A DNA stretch of 64,000 nt from a virus (Duplodnaviria > Heunggongvirae > Uroviricota > Caudoviricetes), in IMG/VR virus record IMGVR_UViG_3300028048_000043; one strand, 5' to 3'. The first letter of the stretch is position 1, and each line of letters starts with the position of its first letter. Shown here one piece after another: positions 1-9,100 of this stretch. A model generated the notes under the pieces. The model searched no databases. It was not told where the DNA came from and worked only from the letters and a program-made list of their open reading frames with translations. The position numbers and the translations under genes are program-made.

Positions 1-40
1 AACGCAGAATAAAGAGATTTATTGCAACAAGGGAAGAAAA

Positions 41-508
41 ATGATAACCAAGCGTAGAACCATTGTAACATGTAAGGAAACGTTTACGCAAATGAAATCG
101 TTTGGTTATATTAAAGGAAAGCTCAAAGGTATCGCATGTCACGATGATTTGTCGATGCCGGTATTTAATCATATACCAAGAATGTTTGATGAGGAATCTT
201 TCGTTTCTTGGATAGAAGATTATCTGTTTTTACACGAAGACCAGGTAAAGGTCTATAAAATAAATCAGATTATAGAACAATGGGCTATGGAAAACCCAGA
301 AATGAGTGATTCTGCGTTTACTTCGCTGTATATGGGAAGTGAACAACAGACACCTCAACAAGTGCTTAATTCAGGAATGTCTGGAATGTATCCTCAGACC
401 CCTGGATATCCATATTTACAGGGTAGTCCAGTTGGAAATTTCGCCGCGCAACCTTCTCCTTATTCAGAAAGCTCATATCCTGGTATAAGATATCAAGGAA
501 TTTTGTAA
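41..508 (+). CDS. hypothetical protein (Q/P/Y-rich C-terminus)
   Basis: 155-aa ORF; no recognisable motif; may be 5'-truncated by window edge. Confidence 0.4.
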   Translation: MITKRRTIVTCKETFTQMKSFGYIKGKLKGIACHDDLSMPVFNHIPRMFDEESFVSWIEDYLFLHEDQVKVYKINQIIEQWAMENPEMSDSAFTSLYMGSEQQTPQQVLNSGMSGMYPQTPGYPYLQGSPVGNFAAQPSPYSESSYPGIRYQGIL

Positions 509-529
509 AATAATTTTCTATTTCTCTAT

Positions 530-550
530 TTTTCCGTATATTTGCAAAAA
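530..550 (+). promoter_or_regulatory. Bacteroidota-type -7 promoter element (TAnnTTTG)
   Basis: TATATTTGCA at 537-546, about 19 nt upstream of ATG 565. Confidence 0.45.
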
Positions 551-564
551 TAAAAAATCTAGGA

Positions 565-1680
565 ATGATAGAGAAAGAATCGCAAAGCGGAAACTCCATA
601 ACGTTATATTCTCCAAAGGAGATTAAAGCTCACCTCGACGAATATATTATCGGTCAGGATGAAGCTAAAAAAATCCTTTCCGTTGCCGTATATAACCATT
701 ATAAAAGAATTCTTCTAAATGATAACGCAGAAAACGAATCAGTTACCGTTGAGAAGTCGAACATTCTTATGGCTGGTCCGACTGGGTGTGGGAAATCAGC
801 TATGATTAAATGTATCGCTGATTTTCTAGGTGTACCTTGTTATATAGCTGATGCAACGTCATTGACACAAGCTGGGTACGTTGGAGACGACGTAGAATCA
901 ATTTTGAGCGGTTTACTTAGGAACTGTAACTATTGTGTTCCTGTCGCTGAATGTGGAATCATAGCGATTGATGAGGTTGACAAACTCGCAAAGAGAGGCG
1001 CAAGCGAACACATCTCAAGAGACGTTGTAGGAGAAGGTGTTCAGCAGGCATTGCTTAAGATGGTTGAAGGCGATCTTGTAGGTGTTCCACCGCAGGAAGG
1101 AAGAAAACACCCAGACCAGCAGCTTATCTATATAAACACAAAGAATATTCTTTTTATAGGCACAGGCGCGTTTTCAGGAATGGACGAAATCATAAATCGC
1201 AGATTAAATATAAATCGAATAGGGTTTGATACAGGAGTCAGTAAGAGAACTTCGTCAAAGAAAAAAGACTACAACCCATATGATTATATGTGCCAGGAGG
1301 ATTTGAGGTCGTACGGACTTATTCCTGAGTTCATTGGACGATTCCCCATCGTTACAAATATTAACGGTCTTTCTAAAGATGAACTTAAACGAATTCTTCT
1401 TGAACCAAAGAATGCAATTATAAAACAGTTCCAAAGAATGATGGAACTCGATAACATAAACTTTAGTTTCACTGACAAGGCGCTAGATTTAATTGCGGAC
1501 ATTGCCATAAAACTAGGAACAGGTGCAAGAGGTCTTCGTTCGATAATGGAAAACATCTGGACGGAATATGTTTATGAATATTGTGACGATAAACGAGAAG
1601 AAAAAATAGATGTTGTCGTAACCGATAAAGATGTTAAAAAACATCTTAATGAAAGGTTTGCAAAATATATTGAGAAATAA
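565..1680 (+). CDS. clpX: ClpX-like AAA+ unfoldase (lacks N-terminal zinc-binding domain)
   Basis: MAGPTGCGKS Walker A; ADATSLTQAGYVGDDVESIL matches ClpX pore-loop region; sensor/arginine region GARGLRS. Confidence 0.8.
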   Translation: MIEKESQSGNSITLYSPKEIKAHLDEYIIGQDEAKKILSVAVYNHYKRILLNDNAENESVTVEKSNILMAGPTGCGKSAMIKCIADFLGVPCYIADATSLTQAGYVGDDVESILSGLLRNCNYCVPVAECGIIAIDEVDKLAKRGASEHISRDVVGEGVQQALLKMVEGDLVGVPPQEGRKHPDQQLIYINTKNILFIGTGAFSGMDEIINRRLNINRIGFDTGVSKRTSSKKKDYNPYDYMCQEDLRSYGLIPEFIGRFPIVTNINGLSKDELKRILLEPKNAIIKQFQRMMELDNINFSFTDKALDLIADIAIKLGTGARGLRSIMENIWTEYVYEYCDDKREEKIDVVVTDKDVKKHLNERFAKYIEK

Positions 1681-1681
1681 C

Positions 1682-2206
1682 ATGCGTAAGAAAAAGATTT
1701 TGGCGCTTGTTGGAAATAGCGGATCCGGAAAAACAACACTTGGAATAACTCTTACTTCTTTGGATGATAGATTCAACTGGGTTAGTTCATACACAACCAG
1801 ACCGAAACGCCAAAACGAAGTAAACGGAATAGATCACGTGTTTGCGGACGAGAAGGATATGCCGCCAAAAAAAGATATGGTTGCTTATACATATTTTGGA
1901 GGAAATCATTATTGGACCGAGTTTTCTCAATTTGATAAAAATAAGATAAACATTTATGTTATAGATGAAATCGGTCTAGAAGAAATGATGTTGAAATATC
2001 ACGGACTGTTCGATATAAAAACGGTTTATGTCAAGAGAGAAGATACTTCTTCAATTGATGTCGAACGAACAAAGCGAGATCAGGAAAGAAAAACATTTCC
2101 TCAAAATTTCTATGATCTTTTTATTGTTAACGATTATAGTAGCTCGCCTGAGTTTGTTAGCGATGGGTTAAAGAAACTTCGCGATCTTTGTAAAAATTGG
2201 AAATAA
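1682..2206 (+). CDS. guanylate-kinase-family (d)NMP kinase
   Basis: P-loop LVGNSGSGKTT plus TTRPKRQNEVNGIDHVF (GK signature TTRxxRxxExxGxDYxF); start placed at ATG 1682 just after clpX stop. Confidence 0.65.
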   Translation: MRKKKILALVGNSGSGKTTLGITLTSLDDRFNWVSSYTTRPKRQNEVNGIDHVFADEKDMPPKKDMVAYTYFGGNHYWTEFSQFDKNKINIYVIDEIGLEEMMLKYHGLFDIKTVYVKREDTSSIDVERTKRDQERKTFPQNFYDLFIVNDYSSSPEFVSDGLKKLRDLCKNWK

Positions 2207-2223
2207 AATAACAACAATATAAT

Positions 2224-3177
2224 ATGCCTGTAACAAATAAGTTATTTACAGAGGCTTTTAGAGCTAAAACAATTGATGGTTTGGTTTTACCCGACAGAAT
2301 ACGCAACGACGTTTCGCACGGGTTAACACAAAATATACTTCTTTATGGACCGCAGGGCGGAGGAAAGTCTACAATCGCAAGGATTCTTATTGATGGATAT
2401 GACACCCTTCTTTTGAACGGTTCGTCAGAAAACGGAATAGATGTTATTCGAGACAGAGTAGTTTCGTTTGCATCTGCCGTGTCTCTTGAGTTTGGGGCAC
2501 AAAAAACAAAAGTTATCTTTATAGATGAAGCTGATGGTCTTACAACTCAGGCATGGGACGCTTTGAGAGAGACAATCGAGCATTATGCCGATTCAGTAAG
2601 ATTCGTGTGTACCTGTAATAAGATTGATAAAATTCCTGCTCCTATTCAGTCCAGATTCAATTGCGTTCCGGTGTATCCAATAAACAAAGCTGAAGAAGAC
2701 TTTATGTTTGCTGGGTATTGTGCATATGTAGGGAAAATCCTTACGGGCATCAAGGTTTCATATGATGAAGAAACTCTTCAACAGTTTGTTAGAAACAGCT
2801 TCCCGGATATGCGATCAATCCTGAACGATATTCAGAAACTGTATATCCAAGACGCCAAGGAACTTAATAAGGAGAGTTTGGTAAAAACGTTTGATTGTTC
2901 TGATTTGTTTACGTTAATCGTAACCGGGAATAGTCCGGTTGAAAATTACAAATTCATAATGACAAACTACTCGACTTCTCCAGACGACGCTCTTCTTGCA
3001 ATATCAAAGTCGTTTGTCGATTTCTTAACATTGAATTACCCGCAGCTTTCTTCAAAGATACCATACATCATTATCACAACAGCCGAATATGCTTCTCAGA
3101 TGCAAACTGCACCAGATAAAGTTTTGGTTCTTTTGGCATGCTGCTTTAAACTTCAAGAAATAATCAGAAATGTCTAG
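2224..3177 (+). CDS. clamp-loader small subunit (RFC/gp44-like AAA+)
   Basis: LLYGPQGGGKST Walker A, FIDEADGLT Walker B, SRF (SRC-like) motif. Confidence 0.7.
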   Translation: MPVTNKLFTEAFRAKTIDGLVLPDRIRNDVSHGLTQNILLYGPQGGGKSTIARILIDGYDTLLLNGSSENGIDVIRDRVVSFASAVSLEFGAQKTKVIFIDEADGLTTQAWDALRETIEHYADSVRFVCTCNKIDKIPAPIQSRFNCVPVYPINKAEEDFMFAGYCAYVGKILTGIKVSYDEETLQQFVRNSFPDMRSILNDIQKLYIQDAKELNKESLVKTFDCSDLFTLIVTGNSPVENYKFIMTNYSTSPDDALLAISKSFVDFLTLNYPQLSSKIPYIIITTAEYASQMQTAPDKVLVLLACCFKLQEIIRNV

Positions 3178-4333
3178 AAAGTTAAATTTGGTAATAGACT
3201 TCAATAATATGGCTATGAGGTCTATGTTTACTTGCCAATATATGGGAGAAGGATCCGTAAAGAATTTTGACACTGAAGAGGAATGCAAAATTCTTGTTAG
3301 AAAGCTTGCAACTGATATGTGCCAGATTATAAAGATGTTTTCACCGGACAGGGTTATTGTTGCATGTGATACAAAGTCTCCATGGAGAACAGGATTATAC
3401 AAAGATGTTGACTATAAAGGAACTAGAAAACATGACGAAGATAAGAACTGGACAAACATTTTCTCTGCTTTGACAGATTATAAAGAAATACTTAGAAAAA
3501 ATAATTTCATTGTAACAGAGATAGAAAACGCTGAGGCTGATGATTTGGCTGCGCTTTGGGTGCATGAATTATTTGGGAACCGCAACGAGTCTGTAATCCT
3601 TGTATCGTCTGATAAGGACTGGACTCAGTTGGTTGCGTTTGGAACGTGCGACGCGTTTGTAGCCTGTTATAACCCAATATCAAATAATAAAAACCAGAGA
3701 AAGTTTTATGTTGAATCTGGATTTGAAAACTGGATAAATTCCCCGGACACTGTTGATATCTTTTTCAGTAACTACGATGAGTTAAAAAAGAAACTCAAAG
3801 AGATTATGATGTCAAACACAAAAGTTTTCAAGGAGATAATAGATCCAAACAGAGTTCTAATAGATAAGATTCTGTGTGGAGATGATGGGGATAATGTTCC
3901 GTCGTTCTACGAGTATTATAAGAGTGGTAAAAAAGCTAGGCTAACTTCACTTAAAGCTAGTCATCTCATAGAAAATCTTTCTATCCATGGTGTTGGAGGT
4001 CTTAATGAATCTGCAAAGGTCGGAACGCTGAAGACAGAAATGGAAAAAGAAATGAAGGTCGAGATTCCTGTTGATTTTGAAGACAGACTTATGCGACAGC
4101 GCAAACTTGTCGAACTTAACAGAGACTTATTTCCTGGTTCAATAGTGGATAGTTTCGATATTCATTCAAAGTATATTGATTCCGCCGGAACAGTGTCCAG
4201 CAAAATCACAATGCAGGAATTATTGAAGGATACAAAATTTATTGATAAAAATTATAATAAACCGAGAGAAAACAGTATATTTGATGATGTAAACGCATTA
4301 AATAGGTTTTCTAAGGCACCTAGTTTATTTTGA
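3170..4333 (+). CDS. 5'-3' exonuclease / flap endonuclease (phage RNase H-like)
   Basis: N-terminal LVIDFNNMAMRSMF and VSSDKDWTQLV resemble PolI 5'-nuclease/FEN acidic motifs. Confidence 0.65.
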   Translation: MSRKLNLVIDFNNMAMRSMFTCQYMGEGSVKNFDTEEECKILVRKLATDMCQIIKMFSPDRVIVACDTKSPWRTGLYKDVDYKGTRKHDEDKNWTNIFSALTDYKEILRKNNFIVTEIENAEADDLAALWVHELFGNRNESVILVSSDKDWTQLVAFGTCDAFVACYNPISNNKNQRKFYVESGFENWINSPDTVDIFFSNYDELKKKLKEIMMSNTKVFKEIIDPNRVLIDKILCGDDGDNVPSFYEYYKSGKKARLTSLKASHLIENLSIHGVGGLNESAKVGTLKTEMEKEMKVEIPVDFEDRLMRQRKLVELNRDLFPGSIVDSFDIHSKYIDSAGTVSSKITMQELLKDTKFIDKNYNKPRENSIFDDVNALNRFSKAPSLF

Positions 4334-4899
4334 TGGCAAAGAAGAAAAATGAAATATCAGTTTCAAACGAGAGTATAGATTTGATAAGTGTCCTTTCTGG
4401 AACAGATGGATATAAAATTTCCCAGAAACCAGAAAAGGAGCAAACTGTCAAATCCGTACCTTATTTTGAAATATGCGACGCCGTGTTTAAAGGGAACAGA
4501 TATTATATAAACAACATGACGGATCAGCAGGCTAAACAGAACATATTTATGGTTCTGAGAAAAGTAGCCATAGGCTATCCAGAGATAGCCAACGCTTTCA
4601 ACAGACAAAATGTTAATGCGATGGATGTCATTAAATTTTTGTCTGTCTTGCTCCCTAGCAGAGGGTTTCCAAGTTGGTATTATACTAAAACGTCTCAAAA
4701 GAAAGAGATTGCATCTAAAAATGAAATTACAAAAAACGATATTACCGTATATATACAACACTATGGAATAACAAGAAAGGACTTTGAATCGGCTATGAGG
4801 ATATTTCCAGAAGAAACCATAAAAGATGTTATAGATTTAAGAAACTTTATTAAAAATTCAAATAGCACTAGAAATGAAAAAGACACTGATAACGAATGA
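4330..4899 (+). CDS. hypothetical protein
   Basis: 189-aa ORF, start overlaps upstream stop (ATGA). Confidence 0.45.
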   Translation: MMAKKKNEISVSNESIDLISVLSGTDGYKISQKPEKEQTVKSVPYFEICDAVFKGNRYYINNMTDQQAKQNIFMVLRKVAIGYPEIANAFNRQNVNAMDVIKFLSVLLPSRGFPSWYYTKTSQKKEIASKNEITKNDITVYIQHYGITRKDFESAMRIFPEETIKDVIDLRNFIKNSNSTRNEKDTDNE

Positions 4900-5386
4900 T
4901 ATCATAAAGCTTGTTAAAAGCTCAAAGGGTGAGATTAAAGAGTACGATTTGGACCGGTACATTCAGGTTACTGTTGGTAAGATAACAATAACCAAGGGGG
5001 TAGGTTCAAAGCCAGTCTTGAATCTTGAAAGCGGGTGCGATCAAGAATATATGATGTTGTGGAATAACGACATCGGTAGGTTGTTTCTCAATGAAATAAA
5101 AAAGGATAATCCTAAAGTTTATGAGTTGATCGACGACAAGTTCAAAGCTCTGTTGGTCCTCGCGGACGAAGATGAGTATGGAGAGTTTGCATCTAAAAAT
5201 TTCTTACACGTGACATTTGGAGACAACAAGTATACGATAATCAAGGTTGTTCGTCATAATGAAAATTACAGCACCATTGAGCGCCATAATGATTATTTCG
5301 GAGATATAGACGGAGAATCTATCGTGGATGATGTTAAAACGGAAGAAGATGAGCCAGAAAAATTAAAAGAAACTGAATTATTCTAA
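4874..5386 (+). CDS. hypothetical protein
   Basis: 170-aa ORF, acidic C-terminus. Confidence 0.45.
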   Translation: MKKTLITNDIIKLVKSSKGEIKEYDLDRYIQVTVGKITITKGVGSKPVLNLESGCDQEYMMLWNNDIGRLFLNEIKKDNPKVYELIDDKFKALLVLADEDEYGEFASKNFLHVTFGDNKYTIIKVVRHNENYSTIERHNDYFGDIDGESIVDDVKTEEDEPEKLKETELF

Positions 5387-6027
5387 TGCTTCAGAAACTT
5401 GATGTAAACTTCATATTAAACATGCTGCAAGAACAGAAGGTTGCTCTATTTGAGTCACTTCTTTCTTCAACAGGAAGATCTGGTATAGACGGCGTTATAA
5501 AATTTTTAAAGGAAACCGATTTTTATAGGGCACCGGCGTCATCGAAATACCATTCAAATTATGATAGCGGTCTCCTTGACCATTCTCTGATAGTTTATTC
5601 GCTTCTTTGTGATTTGAAAGAGATGGTCGAAAAGATTGATCCAGCTGCCGTTTCTAACATTTCGGATGACAAAATAATTATATGTTCTCTTTTACATGAT
5701 GTATGTAAAACATGTTTCTATAAAAAGGCTATAAAGTGGAAGAAAAATTTAGATTCGACATGGATGCAGTATGAAGGATATGATGTAGAAGACACGTTCC
5801 CAATCGGACACGGGGAAAAATCAGTCATAATGTTGCAAAACATCGGTCTTACACTTTATCCGGACGAAATGCTTGCAATACGATATCATATGGGATTTTG
5901 GGGAGATTCGTCGAATGATGTAAAAATGTCTCAGCAAAACGCAACAAAAATGTATAGCATTGTTCCTCTTTTACAGATGGCTGATTTTACAGCATCAACG
6001 ATAATTGAGAAAGAAATAAAACACTAA
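5386..6027 (+). CDS. HD-domain phosphohydrolase
   Basis: H...HD metal-binding signature (HSLIVYSL ... LLHDVCK). Confidence 0.55.
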   Translation: MLQKLDVNFILNMLQEQKVALFESLLSSTGRSGIDGVIKFLKETDFYRAPASSKYHSNYDSGLLDHSLIVYSLLCDLKEMVEKIDPAAVSNISDDKIIICSLLHDVCKTCFYKKAIKWKKNLDSTWMQYEGYDVEDTFPIGHGEKSVIMLQNIGLTLYPDEMLAIRYHMGFWGDSSNDVKMSQQNATKMYSIVPLLQMADFTASTIIEKEIKH

Positions 6028-6067
6028 ATGCATAATAAATATCTAATAAAATAAAACGCAAAAAAAT

Positions 6068-6865
6068 ATGTTCGATCTATTTACAAAAATTGGAAGTATT
6101 TTCTCCAGCGTTCTTGAAGACGCCCTCAGTTCAGTTAATTTTGAAGACTCTATTGTCACCGATGAAAATGGGACTCATATCAAAGCATCATTTAGAGATG
6201 ACATTTTTACGGATGAAGAAAAAGATGAGCGTATAAAAGGAACTCTCAATTTCTGGAAAGGCATAATAAAAATTGGAAACGTTTCTAATCCGATTAAAAT
6301 TTCCATAAAGTTTAATGATGAAACTCCGGTTGAGTTTGAGTTCGATGAATCTTTGAACGATTTCGTTAAGATTGAAAATCCGGATACCCCAGTAAACGTT
6401 GTTGCTGAAGAAGACAGGGAATTGGATAAAAAGGACACTGTAAGCGAACCAGAATATGATATAAACAACGCTCCGAATACTGCGCACTCAGATATCAATG
6501 AAAAACAAATGACGCTTGCAGAACAGATTAAAACCGAACTTCTTTCAGACACGAAGGACCCAGATGATGAAGATTACACGGCGGAAGATATTGCCGACGA
6601 GTTTTATAAAGAAGTCAAGTCTGATAACTATAATATTTTCTCGGACGACAATGATAAAGTTCTCGGTATATCAATAGAAGCTGATCAGTTCTTTCCTGAG
6701 TTTGATTCGCTTACAAACGATGCGGATGTTATTCTTGAAGATTCTGAACTTCTTGAAGACTTCAAGGAAATCGTAAAAACAAGATACGGGTTTAGTGACG
6801 TTACTTGGGAAAGAAAGGATTATGGTTCGGGATATGTAACTATTCAGTTTAACTTTATATTTTAA
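6068..6865 (+). CDS. hypothetical acidic protein
   Basis: 265-aa ORF, D/E-rich. Confidence 0.45.
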   Translation: MFDLFTKIGSIFSSVLEDALSSVNFEDSIVTDENGTHIKASFRDDIFTDEEKDERIKGTLNFWKGIIKIGNVSNPIKISIKFNDETPVEFEFDESLNDFVKIENPDTPVNVVAEEDRELDKKDTVSEPEYDINNAPNTAHSDINEKQMTLAEQIKTELLSDTKDPDDEDYTAEDIADEFYKEVKSDNYNIFSDDNDKVLGISIEADQFFPEFDSLTNDADVILEDSELLEDFKEIVKTRYGFSDVTWERKDYGSGYVTIQFNFIF

Positions 6866-6873
6866 TTTAAATT

Positions 6874-8775
6874 ATGAACAAAATTATCGGTATTGACCTC
6901 GGCAGCACAATGAGTGCTGTCGCGGTTGTTGAACAGGGGAAGCCACAAATTATTGTGAACAATGACGGAGACAGAACTACACCGTCCGTCATCGGGTACT
7001 CTAATGATGGAGAGGTAAAGGTTGGAAATTCAGCAAAGCGTTCAGCCGTTGTCAATCCAAAAACTACTATTGAGGTTATCAAAAGATTCATTGGTAATTC
7101 CTGGAAGAGATCCTCAAAATATGCAAAGGATTTTTCATATGATATTGTTGAGGGTCCAAATGACACAATTCGTGTAAAGATAAACGGAAAGGAATACACG
7201 CCTCAGGAAATTAGTGCAGAGGTTCTTCGCAAACTTAAAAAGTCAGCGGAAGACTATCTTGGTTCAGAAGTCAAGGAAGCCGTTATAACTGTACCGGCAT
7301 ATTTTGACGACCAGCAGAGAACAGCAACAGTTGAAGCTGCAAAAATAGCCGGACTTGAATGTAAGAGAATCATAAATGAGCCAACGGCGGCCGCTCTTGC
7401 ATTTGGTCTTGACAAACTTGACAAGGACATGAAGATTCTTGTTCTTGATTTGGGCGGAAGTACAGCTGATGTTTCAATCCTTGAATTGGGAAACGGTGTA
7501 TTTGAAGTGGTCAGTACAAACGGAGATATGATTCTTGGTGGTCGAGATCTCGATCAGTTAATTACGGATTGGATTGTCGACAAAATAAAAGAACAGTGCG
7601 GCGTCGATGTAAAGAAAGACCATATGGCATATCAGAGGGTTGTTGAGGCAGCAGAGAAGGCAAAAATAGAACTTTCTAATGTTACTTCAACAGACATCAA
7701 TCTTCCATATTTGACTGCTGTCGACGGAGTTCCTCAGCACTTTATGTCAAGTCTCACTCGCGCTCAATTCGAAAATCTTGCAGAGGGTTTCATTAAAAAG
7801 GTTGAAAATCTTTGTAAAGGTGCTTTGGAATCGGCAAAAATGAACATCAACGATATAGACGAAGTTCTTCTCGTTGGAGGAACAACAAGGGTTCCTAAAG
7901 TTCAGCAATTCGTTAGAGATTATTTTAAGAAGGAACCTAACAAATCCGTTAATCCGGATGAGGCTGTTGCTCTCGGAGCTGCAATTCAAGGTGCTATCCT
8001 TGCTGGAGATCTCGGAGACGATATTGTTCTTCTTGATGTCACTCCTCTAAACTTAAATATAACAACTCTCGGTGATGTTGCTACAACAATGATTGAAGCA
8101 AACACTACTATTCCTGTTTCGAAGGAACATATTTTCACAACAGCTGAAGATAACCAACCGGCAATAACCGTTGTCGTTACTCAGGGAAACAGAAAGATTG
8201 CAAGTGAGAATAAAAAGCTCGGAGAGTTTAATCTTGATGGAATAGCTCCTGCTAGAAGAGGTGTTCCGCAGATCAAAGTAAAATTTGATCTTGATACAAA
8301 TGGAATACTTAAAGTTACTGCAACCGACACGGCAACAGGAAAAGAACAGTTTATAAGAATAGAGGGGTCATCTAATCTTGATGATTCTGAAATCGACAGA
8401 ATGAGGAAAGATGCTGAGTTGCATGAAGCAGAAGATAAAGCAAGAGTTGAGAAGCAGAATAAACTTAACGACGCAGAATCTCTCATATTTGCCACAGAGC
8501 GTCAGTTATCTGACCAAGGAGACAAGATCTCCGACAATCTGAAGAAAGATATAGCAGAAAAATTAAATGCCTTAAAAGCTGTTTATAACGTTAAACCTGA
8601 GGATAGGGACATCGATGCTATTGAAAAGGCAACAAACGTTTTAAGAGAAGCTGTATACAAGGCTAGTGAGGAACTCTATAAATCTTCTTCAACTGATTCG
8701 TCTTCCGGACAGAATCCATTCTCGAATTTTGATTTCGCAAATGGTGGATTTCCTGGTGGAAATCCGACGAAATGA
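6874..8775 (+). CDS. dnaK: Hsp70 chaperone DnaK
   Basis: [40 protein letters not shown] signatures; 633 aa with GGFPGG C-terminus. Confidence 0.9.
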   Translation: MNKIIGIDLGSTMSAVAVVEQGKPQIIVNNDGDRTTPSVIGYSNDGEVKVGNSAKRSAVVNPKTTIEVIKRFIGNSWKRSSKYAKDFSYDIVEGPNDTIRVKINGKEYTPQEISAEVLRKLKKSAEDYLGSEVKEAVITVPAYFDDQQRTATVEAAKIAGLECKRIINEPTAAALAFGLDKLDKDMKILVLDLGGSTADVSILELGNGVFEVVSTNGDMILGGRDLDQLITDWIVDKIKEQCGVDVKKDHMAYQRVVEAAEKAKIELSNVTSTDINLPYLTAVDGVPQHFMSSLTRAQFENLAEGFIKKVENLCKGALESAKMNINDIDEVLLVGGTTRVPKVQQFVRDYFKKEPNKSVNPDEAVALGAAIQGAILAGDLGDDIVLLDVTPLNLNITTLGDVATTMIEANTTIPVSKEHIFTTAEDNQPAITVVVTQGNRKIASENKKLGEFNLDGIAPARRGVPQIKVKFDLDTNGILKVTATDTATGKEQFIRIEGSSNLDDSEIDRMRKDAELHEAEDKARVEKQNKLNDAESLIFATERQLSDQGDKISDNLKKDIAEKLNALKAVYNVKPEDRDIDAIEKATNVLREAVYKASEELYKSSSTDSSSGQNPFSNFDFANGGFPGGNPTK

Positions 8776-8796
8776 TAACATAAACACTGTTTGTTA

Positions 8797-8830
8797 AATC
8801 CTGACTGTTTGCACAGTCAGGATTTTTCTT
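8797..8830 (+). terminator. rho-independent terminator hairpin after dnaK
   Basis: perfect inverted repeat AATCCTGACTG...CAGTCAGGATT followed by TTTTT. Confidence 0.6.
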
Positions 8831-8848
8831 ATAGGATAAATAGAATAT

Positions 8849-9100
8849 ATGCTTTTTAAATTAAAACTTATAATCCAAGGATGGTTTAATTGGATTCTTG
8901 ATAAAGTGTCTGACATTAAATATAAAGAGTATTTTGATGCCAGATATGAGATTTGTAAATGCTGTGAGCATAATAAGTTTGGAATCTGTGATTGTTGCGG
9001 ATGTGTGCTTAAAGCAAAAACAAAAGCAGAAGAATCCGAATGTCCGGTTGGAAAATGGAAAACAATAAAGGAAACGTTAGATGAAAAAGTTAAAGCTTAA
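8849..9100 (+). CDS. Cys-rich small protein (putative Zn-binding)
   Basis: CKCCEHNKFGICDCCGC...ECPVGKW. Confidence 0.45.
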   Translation: MLFKLKLIIQGWFNWILDKVSDIKYKEYFDARYEICKCCEHNKFGICDCCGCVLKAKTKAEESECPVGKWKTIKETLDEKVKA

